From: OCS155 cluster bacterium AG-422-J23 | GTDB lineage: Bacteria > Actinomycetota > Acidimicrobiia > Actinomarinales > Actinomarinaceae | Reading direction: 5' to 3' | NCBI GenBank assembly: GCA_003213625.1 | Contig: QCMT01000002.1 | Coordinates: 22,152 to 86,151, forward strand | DNA length: 64,000 nucleotides | Shown: positions 37,104 through 46,658 of the stretch, in pieces | Position numbering within the stretch: position 1 is the first letter of the stretch | Layout of the letters: each line of letters opens with the position of its first letter | Notes under the pieces: generated by a model | The model's input: only the letters and a program-made list of their open reading frames with translations | What the model was told of the DNA's origin: nothing | The model's database searches: none | Made by a program: the position numbers and the translations under genes

Positions 37104-37811
37104 TCATGAAGTTTTCATAATTACAAGCTTCCTTGGTGAAATCTCGAATTTGTTTTTTTTATATAGATTTAGAGCGGCAATATTGTCACTTTGGGTATTA
37201 AGTTTCATATTTATAAACTTTTTTTCAACAGCAAAACTAATTACACAATTAAGTAAATTATTTCCAAGACCCGATCCTTGAGAGCTCTTTACTATTCCTA
37301 TTCGTTGAAGATAAGTAAACTTTCTAGTCTCTCCTAAAATTGCATAACCATCAAGGTTATTTTCGCCTCCACTTTTAAATAAATAATTGTTGTTACAGCT
37401 TTTTATAGTTTCCTCAAGACTTGATTTAGAATTTTTCCAATAATCTTCAAATATTTTATGATCTAATTCAAGCAAATATTCTATATCTTTATTTTCAAGT
37501 TTTTTAATTTCTATATGTTTATTGTCACTCGGATATCTGTGGTTTGAATTTCTAAGGTTTAATACACAAACATTTAATCTATGATTAATGGTCCATCCTG
37601 ATTTAATCCAGGGTTTAATTGAATTTTCATTTACCATTGACGAACTAAAACTAATGTTTGAATTTTTTGATATTTTTAATATTTTTTTTAAAAGACCCTC
37701 TCCTCCATAAATTTTCTGGAACAATATATCATTAACAAATTCATTAATACTCCTTGTATAAAATATTCCGTTGTAAAAGTAATGAATCTTTTTATTTTCT
37801 GTTGAATACAT
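37104..37811 (-). CDS. GNAT family N-acetyltransferase
   Basis: Motif A QRIGIVKSSQGSGLGNNLL; C-terminal ALNLYKKNKF. Confidence 0.75.
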   Translation of the reverse strand: MYSTENKKIHYFYNGIFYTRSINEFVNDILFQKIYGGEGLLKKILKISKNSNISFSSSMVNENSIKPWIKSGWTINHRLNVCVLNLRNSNHRYPSDNKHIEIKKLENKDIEYLLELDHKIFEDYWKNSKSSLEETIKSCNNNYLFKSGGENNLDGYAILGETRKFTYLQRIGIVKSSQGSGLGNNLLNCVISFAVEKKFINMKLNTQSDNIAALNLYKKNKFEISPRKLVIMKTS

Positions 37812-38226
37812 ATTTTAAAATTTTTTTATCTTCTTCATATGCTAATAATTCAAAGGCCTCTTCAAAGGGAACAATGGCAATCTCCTCTATTTCATCATCA
37901 GGCTCTTTTGAGAAACTTTCAACAACATTCATTTCATAAAACCAGACAGTTTTTTTAACTGGTTTACCATCTTTTTTTATCTCATAACGGGATTCTGCAA
38001 TAGGTTTTTTTCCAACAGCAGAAACTTTAAAACCAGTTTCTTCATAAACTTCTCTTTCTGCAGCTTTAATTGGTGTTTCTTCATCGTCTAAATGACCTTT
38101 TGGGTAACCCCAAAATCCAGAATCGTAATCACCCGCATATTCTTCACTCAATCTATTTTTTACGATCAGTATCTTATCGTCAATTAAAACGATGCCACCA
38201 GCTGCAAAATCAACTTCTGAATTCAT
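37792..38226 (-). CDS. NUDIX hydrolase
   Basis: Nudix box GHLDDEETPIKAAEREVYEETGF. Confidence 0.88.
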   Translation of the reverse strand: MNSEVDFAAGGIVLIDDKILIVKNRLSEEYAGDYDSGFWGYPKGHLDDEETPIKAAEREVYEETGFKVSAVGKKPIAESRYEIKKDGKPVKKTVWFYEMNVVESFSKEPDDEIEEIAIVPFEEAFELLAYEEDKKILKYVFNRK

Positions 38227-38262
38227 ACTTTATTGTTTCTATACATCTTCTAAGCTATCAAT

Positions 38263-39636
38263 ATGGTACCAACAACTCTAATAAACCGAATTGAAGAGAA
38301 CCCATTTTTAATGGAGTTATCCTCATTATTTAATGACAATCAATTTAGTTTCTACTTAGTTGGGGGTGCTGTCAGGGATTTTATTTTAGATATCGATACA
38401 AAAGATTTTGATTTTACAACAAACGCAACGCCTGAAGAGTCAAAAAAATTACTGGAGGATAATAATTATAAGACCACAAGTATTGGTATAAAGTATGGAA
38501 CAATTGAAACAGCCTTGGAGGATTTAACTGTACATATTACCCAATTCAGGAGCGACACATACAACGAAAACTCTAGAAAACCAGAAATAACAGACTCCAA
38601 AGATATTAATGAAGATTTAATTCGAAGAGACTTTACAGTTAATGCAATTGCATTTGATATTAAGCAAAATGAATTAATTGATCCATACAACGGACTTAAA
38701 GATCTTTCAGAAGGAAAACTAAAAACACCTGACAATCCAAATCAGTCGTTTTCAGATGATCCACTAAGAATGATTAGACTATGTCGATTCATAAGTACTC
38801 ATGGTTTTGCTCCTGATAATGAAACATTTAAATCAATACAACAAAACATTGAAAGAGTAGAAATTGTAAGTAAGGAGAGAATAAGAGATGAGTTTTCAAA
38901 ATTAGTAACTGGAGATAATGTAGCAATGGGAATTCAGGCACTAGTTGAGAGCAATTTGATTGATTATATTATTCCTGAAATTAGAGATTTAAAAATTGAA
39001 GTTGATCCCAACCACCATCATAAAGACGTTTATGAACATACTTTACAAGTAACAAGCAAAGTATCACCTGATCTAATCTTAAGATTGGGTGCGTTATTGC
39101 ATGATATTGCAAAACCAGCAACAAAAGGTATTGATAACGGAAAGGTTCACTTTAGGCATCACGAGGTTGTGGGTGCAAGAATGACAAAAGAAATACTATC
39201 AAAACTAAAATATCCAAAAAAATTGATTTCGTCAGTTGCTTTATTAGTAGAAAATCATTTAAGACCTCATACTTACAAAATGGGTTGGACTGACTCAGCA
39301 GTAAGAAGATACATTATTGATGCTGGAGAAGTTCTTGATGAACTTAACGAATTGGTGAGATGCGATGTTACAACTAAAAACAACGAAAAAGCTGAAACAA
39401 TATATAAATATCTTGATGATTTAGAAAAAAGAATAAAAGAAGTTATAGAAAAAGAAGAACTTAAGAAGTTGAGACCTCCAGTGGATGGAAATGAAATTAT
39501 GAAAATTTTAAATATTGAACCAGGACCATCTTTAGGAAAAATTATGGAATCTTTGTATGAACAAAGAATTAATGAAGGTGAAGTATCAAAAGAGGAAGCA
39601 ATCAAATTAGCCAAAGAAGTTTATAAAAAACTTTAA
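38263..39636 (+). CDS. CCA-adding enzyme / poly(A) polymerase family protein with HD domain
   Basis: LVGGAVRDFIL, RRDFTVNA and HD region HHKDVYEHTL...LLHDIAKP; position as pcnA in mycobacteria. Confidence 0.85.
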   Translation: MVPTTLINRIEENPFLMELSSLFNDNQFSFYLVGGAVRDFILDIDTKDFDFTTNATPEESKKLLEDNNYKTTSIGIKYGTIETALEDLTVHITQFRSDTYNENSRKPEITDSKDINEDLIRRDFTVNAIAFDIKQNELIDPYNGLKDLSEGKLKTPDNPNQSFSDDPLRMIRLCRFISTHGFAPDNETFKSIQQNIERVEIVSKERIRDEFSKLVTGDNVAMGIQALVESNLIDYIIPEIRDLKIEVDPNHHHKDVYEHTLQVTSKVSPDLILRLGALLHDIAKPATKGIDNGKVHFRHHEVVGARMTKEILSKLKYPKKLISSVALLVENHLRPHTYKMGWTDSAVRRYIIDAGEVLDELNELVRCDVTTKNNEKAETIYKYLDDLEKRIKEVIEKEELKKLRPPVDGNEIMKILNIEPGPSLGKIMESLYEQRINEGEVSKEEAIKLAKEVYKKL

Positions 39637-39673
39637 TTGTATAAATATCCAAAATAATGTATATTTATACAAA
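39636..39673. promoter_or_regulatory. tandem ARG boxes (ArgR operator)
   Basis: ATTGTATAAATATCCAAA (39636-39653) and AATGTATATTTATACAAA (39656-39673) both fit TnTGnATwwwwATnCAnw. They are 2 bp apart, and the second abuts the argR ATG. Confidence 0.7.
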
Positions 39674-40134
39674 TGTCTAAATCAACTTTACAAAGACAAA
39701 AATTAATTGCTGATTTAATTGAAGAAGGAAAAATTACTTCCCAGAATCAATTAAAGGGAATGTTGAAAAAAGAAGGTATCTCAATTACTCAAGCTACCCT
39801 TTCTAGAGATCTAACAGAAATTGGAGCAAGTAAAAAAAGAGATTCAAATAATAATTTGAAATATATTCTTCCAAAAGACGATGTAAACAATGCTCAAAAA
39901 TCAATTGCAAAAAAAGCTCTAAGAGACTTTGTTTTAACTGTCGAACCAGTTTCTAACCAGGTAATTGTAAAAACAACAACTGCTGCTGCTCAAGTCGTTG
40001 CCGAAGCTATAGATAATCTATATGTTGATGGTATAGCTGCTTCTATTGCAGGTGATAATGTTGTGTTAATCATTTCTTATGGAAAAAAAGAGGCAATTTT
40101 AATTTCAAAATTACTTGATTCTTATTTGATATAA
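39673..40134 (+). CDS. argR: arginine repressor
   Basis: wHTH ITSQNQLKGMLKKEGISITQATLSRDLTEIG; C-terminal GTIAGDDT-like IAASIAGDNVV. Confidence 0.9.
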   Translation: MSKSTLQRQKLIADLIEEGKITSQNQLKGMLKKEGISITQATLSRDLTEIGASKKRDSNNNLKYILPKDDVNNAQKSIAKKALRDFVLTVEPVSNQVIVKTTTAAAQVVAEAIDNLYVDGIAASIAGDNVVLIISYGKKEAILISKLLDSYLI

Positions 40135-40179
40135 AAATCTACTAGCAATTTTCTACCCATTTACATTATCCTTATTTGA

Positions 40180-41604
40180 ATGATGGAATTATCTAAATTT
40201 AATAGAGAAAACCTTTCAAAAAAAATAACTGAAGGCGCTGTTCTCTTACATGGAAATAATACTGTTTATAGAAACAATGATGTTGCTTTCGATTTTAGGC
40301 AAGATTCAAACTTTCATTACCTGACAGCTTGGCCCGAGCCATTTGCACACGCAATTATCATCATTAAAAATAAACAACCCGATCTTTATTTGTTTGTTCA
40401 GGATAGAAATGTTGAAATGGAAACCTGGGATGGAAAGAGATTTGGACCAGAGGGTGCAAAAAAATATTTTGGTGCAACAGAGGCATTTACTTACGATGAT
40501 TATGAAAAAATAGCCCCAAAATTACTATCAGGAATACAAGATATTTATTGCGATTATTCAAATGAGATTTTTGAAAAATATGATAAAAAAATAATAAATC
40601 AGGCAACACCATACGACCAAAGAGGAGCTAGTTTCAGTGATGCATCACTAAGACCGCTTTCCCCAATACTTTCTGAGCTTCGACTTATAAAAAATGAAGA
40701 TGAAATTAATAATTTGAAAAAAGCCTGTGAAATTACAGTAGAAGGACACAAAGTGGCAATGCAGTACGCTCAAAAAGATATGTTTGAGTACCAAATTGAA
40801 GCCGAAATGGAAAAAACATTTTATGATCTAGGTGCTGAAAGACTTGGCTACCCCTCAATTGTTGCATCTGGAGATAATGCTTGCATTCTTCATTACTCAA
40901 CAAACAGGGAAAAAGTAGACAATAGAGGTTTAGTTTTAATTGATGCCGGAGCAGAATATGACATGTATTCTTCGGATGTAACTAGAACATTTCCAATAAA
41001 TGGGAAATTTTCAGCTCCACAAAAAGATGTTTATCAAGAGGTACTAAAAGCTCAAACTCTTGGGATTAATAGTGTCAACACCAAAAATACTATGTCTGAT
41101 ATACATAAATTAACAGTTTCATCAATTTCTCAATCATTGGTTGATTTAGGACTGGTCCCAATGGGGGTTGATGAAACAATTTCTATGATGCATTATTTTG
41201 AATTTTTTATGCATGGAACAGGTCACTGGTTAGGTTTAGACGTTCACGATGCAGGAAGTGTAGAAGAAAACAATAAGCCAAGAAAATTAATGCCAGGTAT
41301 GGTTACCACAGTTGAGCCAGGTATCTATATAAGACCAAACAAACCCGAAATCGAGTTTAAATTACTTGAAAGAAACCCGAAAGAAATAAGAGAAAGAAGA
41401 AAGCTTCTTGGTATGGAAAAAGCGACAAAACTAGAAAATGAAGAAATTAAAGATGCAAAATCTGTAAAGCACAAAATCCCAAAAGACCTTCTTGGAATAG
41501 GGATCCGTATTGAAGATGATATTGTTTGTACTGATGATGAGCCAATTAATTTGACTGAGGAAGCACCAAAATCTGTAGAAGACGTTGAAGCAATTTGTAG
41601 TTAA
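40180..41604 (+). CDS. pepP: Xaa-Pro aminopeptidase (M24B)
   Basis: AMP_N region FRQDSNFHYLT; LIDAGAEYDMYSSDVTRT; HGTGHWLGLDVHD; EPGIY; IRIEDD. Confidence 0.88.
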   Translation: MMELSKFNRENLSKKITEGAVLLHGNNTVYRNNDVAFDFRQDSNFHYLTAWPEPFAHAIIIIKNKQPDLYLFVQDRNVEMETWDGKRFGPEGAKKYFGATEAFTYDDYEKIAPKLLSGIQDIYCDYSNEIFEKYDKKIINQATPYDQRGASFSDASLRPLSPILSELRLIKNEDEINNLKKACEITVEGHKVAMQYAQKDMFEYQIEAEMEKTFYDLGAERLGYPSIVASGDNACILHYSTNREKVDNRGLVLIDAGAEYDMYSSDVTRTFPINGKFSAPQKDVYQEVLKAQTLGINSVNTKNTMSDIHKLTVSSISQSLVDLGLVPMGVDETISMMHYFEFFMHGTGHWLGLDVHDAGSVEENNKPRKLMPGMVTTVEPGIYIRPNKPEIEFKLLERNPKEIRERRKLLGMEKATKLENEEIKDAKSVKHKIPKDLLGIGIRIEDDIVCTDDEPINLTEEAPKSVEDVEAICS

Positions 41605-41606
41605 TT

Positions 41607-42371
41607 ATGGTCACTCCTAGATTTGTCTACTCTGTATATGAAAATAGACTTCAAAACAAAATAAAAAATGAAAACCTTCCACAACACATCGGCCTAATTC
41701 ATGATGGACATAGACGTTACGCAAGAAGAGAAAACCTCCTTACTTATGAAGTTTCTTATAGGATTGGAATGGTCCGATTTAAAGAGTGTTTAGCCTGGTG
41801 TGATGAGCTTGGAATTAATCATGTTACAAGTTGGTTGCTTTCTAAAGAGAACTTATCAAGACCTGAGGAGGAATTAAATTCTTACTATCTTGTTTTAAAT
41901 GAACTATTTCAAGAATTACTCATAGATGACTTAGTTGATAATTTTAAAATAAATTTTGTAGGAAGTATTGATTTACTTCCTGAATATCTTCAAAACTCAA
42001 TTAAACAATTGCAAGAAATCAGAGGTGGAGGTGAAAAAATCCTTACAATTGCTTTGGGCTACGGTGGGAGGCAAGAGATAGTTGATGCCATAAAGAGCTT
42101 GCTTAAAGAAAATAAAGAATTAGAAATAGATGATTTAATAAAGAGCATTAATGATGAACAAATAAGAGACCATTTGTACTCTCCTGACTCACCAGATATT
42201 GATTTGATAATTAGAACTAGCGGTGAATCAAGACTGTCTGGATTTTTACTATGGCAAAGTGCTTATTCTGAAGTTGTATTCCAAGATGTTTATTGGCCTG
42301 AATTCAGGAAGATTGATTTCCTAAGGTGTCTTAGAGAATATGTTCAGCGGGATAGAAGATTTGGTAAATGA
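41607..42371 (+). CDS. uppS: cis-prenyltransferase (UppS family isoprenyl transferase), variant catalytic motif
   Basis: HIGLIHDGHRRYA instead of the common IMDGNGRWA; ALGYGGRQEI; IRTSGESRLSGFLLWQ. Confidence 0.8.
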   Translation: MVTPRFVYSVYENRLQNKIKNENLPQHIGLIHDGHRRYARRENLLTYEVSYRIGMVRFKECLAWCDELGINHVTSWLLSKENLSRPEEELNSYYLVLNELFQELLIDDLVDNFKINFVGSIDLLPEYLQNSIKQLQEIRGGGEKILTIALGYGGRQEIVDAIKSLLKENKELEIDDLIKSINDEQIRDHLYSPDSPDIDLIIRTSGESRLSGFLLWQSAYSEVVFQDVYWPEFRKIDFLRCLREYVQRDRRFGK

Positions 42372-42613
42372 AGATAAGGAACCTAGATAATCTTCTAAAA
42401 ACTGGTTTATTTTTTTTGCTTTTATTTTTTGTTTTCGGGATTATTTATCAAGTACTTGGTGGAGGTGAATGCATAGAACAAGAGGGTATCAACGGTTGCG
42501 TTGTTCAGGATAATTTAGGGCTACCACTATCAATGATCTCTTTACTTTTATCAAGTCTTAGTTTTTTTATTTTTACTATCAAAAAATTATTTAGATACCG
42601 TCAAAACAGTTAA
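42368..42613 (+). CDS. small membrane protein, hypothetical
   Basis: 81 aa, 2 TM helices, coupled to uppS. Confidence 0.5.
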   Translation: MKIRNLDNLLKTGLFFLLLFFVFGIIYQVLGGGECIEQEGINGCVVQDNLGLPLSMISLLLSSLSFFIFTIKKLFRYRQNS

Positions 42614-42615
42614 TA

Positions 42616-43893
42616 TTGTTTGATATGGAAATTCTCAACGCTATAGAATCAATTAATTTTACAACGCTATTTATTTTGTTTATAGGATTGAAATTTACTA
42701 TTGAGACATATTTAAAATATCGAAACATAAACTCTATAAAACAAAACGAAGGAAGAGTTCCAAAAAGATTTGAAAATATTGTTAACAGTGAGGAATATAA
42801 AAAATCTACAGACTACAACCTTGATAGGTTAAAGTTTCAGATCCTTGTTTCTTTTGTAAGTATATTCACCCTCTTACTTCTAACCCTTGGGGGATTGCTT
42901 AGTTGGTTAACTCAAATTGTTCTTGGAATAACTTCATCAAACATACTAGGCGCTATTCTTCTCGGTTTTTTTATTATTATTATTTCAGAAATACTCGAAA
43001 TCCCATTAGCTATATATTCAACATTTGTTATTGAGGAAAAATATGGTTTTAATAAGACAACCAAAAAAACGTTTGTGACAGATATTTTTAAAAATCTGAT
43101 TATCTCATCTTTAATCTCTTGTTCAATTTATGCTGTCGTCATTGGAATAATTGAAAATTTAGGAAGCAATTGGTGGATTTTTGCTTTTGGAGCAGTATTT
43201 TCAATACAGTTGATTATTTTCTTTCTTTATCCAGTACTTATAATGCCTTTATTTAATAAATTTGAGCCTCTTGATGATGAGCAATTTAAAAAACCAATAG
43301 AAAAACTTTTAGAGAAAGTCAAATTTAAAGCAAAAGGTCTTTTTGTTATGAACGCTAGCTTAAGAAGCTCACACGGCAATGCTTTTTTTACTGGCTTTGG
43401 CAACAATAAGAGAATAGTTTTCTATGACACCTTATTAGAAACAATCACACCTGATGAAATGGAAGCAATATTAGGTCATGAGTTAGGCCACTATAAACTT
43501 GGACATATTAGAAAGTCACTTATTAGCTCATTAGTTTTTGGCTTTATTGGTTTTTATATTTTAAGTGAGGTTTTTAAGTCAGAAAACTTTTTTGTATCTC
43601 ATGGGTTAAATGACATTACTTTATATTCCAAATTTATTCTTTTTTATCTGGTTGCCGGGACGTATACTTTTTTTACTCGACCAATTACTTCTTATCTATC
43701 AAGACAAAGGGAATTTGCAGCAGATGATTTTTCTTTTAAATTTACTGATGGAAAGTATATGATTTCAGGCTTATTGAAGTTAAGTAAAGACAATGCTTCT
43801 AATTTAACTCCTGATCCATTGTACAGTTCTTACTACTACTCCCATCCTCCAATTGCTGAAAGAGTGGCCAGTATAGAAAATAAGTTAAAATAG
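42616..43893 (+). CDS. M48 family metallopeptidase (Ste24-like)
   Basis: HELGHYKLGH zinc motif, multi-TM N-terminal half, EFAAD motif. TTG at 42616 or ATG at 42625. Confidence 0.82.
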   Translation: MFDMEILNAIESINFTTLFILFIGLKFTIETYLKYRNINSIKQNEGRVPKRFENIVNSEEYKKSTDYNLDRLKFQILVSFVSIFTLLLLTLGGLLSWLTQIVLGITSSNILGAILLGFFIIIISEILEIPLAIYSTFVIEEKYGFNKTTKKTFVTDIFKNLIISSLISCSIYAVVIGIIENLGSNWWIFAFGAVFSIQLIIFFLYPVLIMPLFNKFEPLDDEQFKKPIEKLLEKVKFKAKGLFVMNASLRSSHGNAFFTGFGNNKRIVFYDTLLETITPDEMEAILGHELGHYKLGHIRKSLISSLVFGFIGFYILSEVFKSENFFVSHGLNDITLYSKFILFYLVAGTYTFFTRPITSYLSRQREFAADDFSFKFTDGKYMISGLLKLSKDNASNLTPDPLYSSYYYSHPPIAERVASIENKLK

Positions 43894-43897
43894 ACAT

Positions 43898-44218
43898 ATG
43901 AGTACAGCTGATGAAATCAAAAAGTTAAATGACCTACTTAAAGAAAGAGTTATTACCCAAGAAGAGTTTGATTTACAAAAAGAGAAATTATTAAATTCTT
44001 CTGCAACAACAAGCACAACAGACTGGCTAACTTTATTTCTACTAACCTTTTTTGTTGGTGTTCTAGGTGTCCATAGATTTTATGTCGGAAAAATAGGTAC
44101 AGGGTTTCTTATGTTGCTTACTCTTGGGGGATTAGGAGTATGGTTCCTGGTTGATTTAATTCTTGTTGTCACAGGGCAATTTACCAATAAAGATGGTCAA
44201 AAAATCCCTAGAACCTAA
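43898..44218 (+). CDS. SHOCT-like plus TM2 domain membrane protein
   Basis: ADEIKKLNDLLKERVITQEEFDLQKEKLL (SHOCT-like); GVLGVHRFYVGK...GGLGVWFLVDLILV (TM2). Confidence 0.75.
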   Translation: MSTADEIKKLNDLLKERVITQEEFDLQKEKLLNSSATTSTTDWLTLFLLTFFVGVLGVHRFYVGKIGTGFLMLLTLGGLGVWFLVDLILVVTGQFTNKDGQKIPRT

Positions 44219-46614
44219 CCATCTAAATTAATCCAGTAAACTCCACCAGCTCTTGTTCCAGCATATAAGATTCTATTTTCTTCTGATAGTTCAAGAGAGA
44301 AAACACCAAGGTGATTTAAGCCTGAATTGAACTCTTCCCATGTTGTCCCACCATCGGTACTTTTGTAAACTCCAAAATCACCTAAGACACCCCTGCTTTC
44401 TGATAGTCTAAAATAATCTACAGTCCCCATATAAACATTGTTGCTATTTTGTGGATCAACAACTATGTCACCAATTCCAAAAGATGCAGAAGGAATTAAT
44501 TTTTCCCAGTTTTCTCCTCCATTAATGCTTTTATATATTCCATCATCATCAGTCCCAAGATAGAGTACATCTGAGTCATTAGGGTCAACTGCCAATACAT
44601 TAGTTTCCAGGCTATTTAGTCCATTATTAATTTGAGTCCAGTTGTTACCACGATCAGTACTTTTAAACACCCCTGCTCCATCACCAACTTTGTCTGTATA
44701 TTCTGTCTCTCCTTGTGTTGTTGCATAAAAGACATTATTGTTGTTTGGATCAATTACTAATTTACTTACATGAACATCTCTTACAAAACCATCATCAGAA
44801 TTTCTCCAAGATTCTCCGTTATCCTCTGATCCAGTTAATCCCACACCTTCTTTTGCGTATTGATCCCCACCACTACCTACAAGAACTTTGAAAGGTGCTT
44901 CTTTCTCTACAACGATTCCGTGATAATGACAATTTCCACCTGCATCTTCATCATCACAAAGATCCGAACCTCCAATAAGCTCCCAAGATTCTCCAGCATT
45001 TGTTGATTTATAAACCCCTCCATTAGTTGTTGTAAATAAGGTATCAGCATCTTCTGGGTGGGTTGCTAGTTGCATACCATACCAATTTTTTATGCCAAAA
45101 GAAGCAAAAACCCAGTTTTTACCTCCATCAGTACTCTTAAAAATTCCTAAATTGTAAGTTGTTGCATACATAGTTCCATCCAAAGAAGTAACTAGATCTA
45201 CAACTTCAGAACCTACAAAACCTGTATTTGTTTCAATCCAAGTTTTACCATCGTCGTAAGTTCTGTAAACACCTTGGAGACCTGCCATAAATACCTCAGA
45301 TTCACTTTCACCAAACGTTATTATTTCCACACCAACATCGGGAATAATAGGGTGTTCTTTTGTATCTAAGAATATATCAGATGAAATTCCAGCATCTTTA
45401 CTTACAAATGTTTCTCTTCCAAAAACTGAGTAAATTTCTGAATCATTATATTCATTTATATACACCCCACCTTCTGATGGGTCTCCGGTAACTTCCTCAA
45501 GTAATTTCCAGCTTTCACCTCCATCAGTACTTTTATAAATACCTGGACAATATTTGGATACACTTTCTTCATAATCGGCGTCATCATTATCTACATCTGA
45601 ACAATCTGAAAATGTATAAAGTCCAATTCTTGCATAAATTATGTTTGGATTGTTTGGATGAATTGCTAAACCTTTAATATCTGATCTATGGAAAGTGTCA
45701 CTTAAAGACTCCCAAGATGAGCCTCGATCATTACTTTTTAATAATAAATTACTTGTACCAACAAATATTTGATCATCATCAGATGGACTTACATAGAGAA
45801 CTGTCACTTTATCTATGTCTTCTTCCTCTAATTCTTGCCCTTCTTCTAATTCGATTTCTTTAAAAACTCCTTTTGGGATAGAGGACGATTTTATCCATGA
45901 GGTTCCAAAATCATTAGATATAAATATTGCTGAATTTTTTTCAGGAGTACAATCGTCTTCACCTTCTTCGTCTTCACAGTCTTCCCCATTTGGAAAATAT
46001 CTTCCTGCTACATATAAAGTAGATGTATTTTGAGAACCTATAGCTATAGCTGAATACTGTGAACCATCTATTTCTGTCTCATCCCAGGTTTTACCACCAT
46101 CTTTAGAAACAAAAACACCTGAATCCGAATTACTTGTTGCTTCGGTGTAAAAAGCTATCTGATTAGAGTTTGATGCATTAACTACAACTCCACCCATGTT
46201 TCCACTTATTGTTTTTTTCAACTCCCAAGTAAATGTTTTACTGTTCACTAAATAAAGATTGCTATCTGAGAGTCCAGAATTGTCTGTTGTAGTAACCCAG
46301 TACCCATCCGAACTCTTAAAAATACTTGTAATTGTTCCACCAAAAGGGCCATTTACTTGATTCCATTTTGAAGAACTTAAAACTGGATCTGGTAAATCTG
46401 GTAATTCAGGAGGTATAAATTCTGTAATATCCATATCATCATTTTCTTCTTCATTACCATCTTCCTCTTCATCAATATCTTCCTCTTCATAATCTACATC
46501 TTCATCAGAAGATATCTCAACTAATGTAGGACCAGAAGAATCATCGCTTGAACATGCTGAAACAATTAATAGAAATAAAATAAATACGATTAATTTTTTA
46601 CTATTTTCTATCAT
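44215..46614 (-). CDS. secreted lipoprotein with about 11 BNR/Asp-box repeats (double beta-propeller, sortilin/Ycf48/GH74-like)
   Basis: Lipobox IVSACSS; acidic linker; repeated S-x-D-x-G-x-(T/S/N)-W (SKDGGKTW, SNDFGTSW, SNDRGSSW, STDGGESW, TYDDGKTW, STDGGKNW, STNAGESW, SEDNGESW, STDRGNNW, SINGGENW, STDGGTTW). Confidence 0.8.
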   Translation of the reverse strand: MIENSKKLIVFILFLLIVSACSSDDSSGPTLVEISSDEDVDYEEEDIDEEEDGNEEENDDMDITEFIPPELPDLPDPVLSSSKWNQVNGPFGGTITSIFKSSDGYWVTTTDNSGLSDSNLYLVNSKTFTWELKKTISGNMGGVVVNASNSNQIAFYTEATSNSDSGVFVSKDGGKTWDETEIDGSQYSAIAIGSQNTSTLYVAGRYFPNGEDCEDEEGEDDCTPEKNSAIFISNDFGTSWIKSSSIPKGVFKEIELEEGQELEEEDIDKVTVLYVSPSDDDQIFVGTSNLLLKSNDRGSSWESLSDTFHRSDIKGLAIHPNNPNIIYARIGLYTFSDCSDVDNDDADYEESVSKYCPGIYKSTDGGESWKLLEEVTGDPSEGGVYINEYNDSEIYSVFGRETFVSKDAGISSDIFLDTKEHPIIPDVGVEIITFGESESEVFMAGLQGVYRTYDDGKTWIETNTGFVGSEVVDLVTSLDGTMYATTYNLGIFKSTDGGKNWVFASFGIKNWYGMQLATHPEDADTLFTTTNGGVYKSTNAGESWELIGGSDLCDDEDAGGNCHYHGIVVEKEAPFKVLVGSGGDQYAKEGVGLTGSEDNGESWRNSDDGFVRDVHVSKLVIDPNNNNVFYATTQGETEYTDKVGDGAGVFKSTDRGNNWTQINNGLNSLETNVLAVDPNDSDVLYLGTDDDGIYKSINGGENWEKLIPSASFGIGDIVVDPQNSNNVYMGTVDYFRLSESRGVLGDFGVYKSTDGGTTWEEFNSGLNHLGVFSLELSEENRILYAGTRAGGVYWINLDG

Positions 46615-46658
46615 TAATTACGATGTTAGCTTCAAAAAATATACGTTGCCTGTATATT

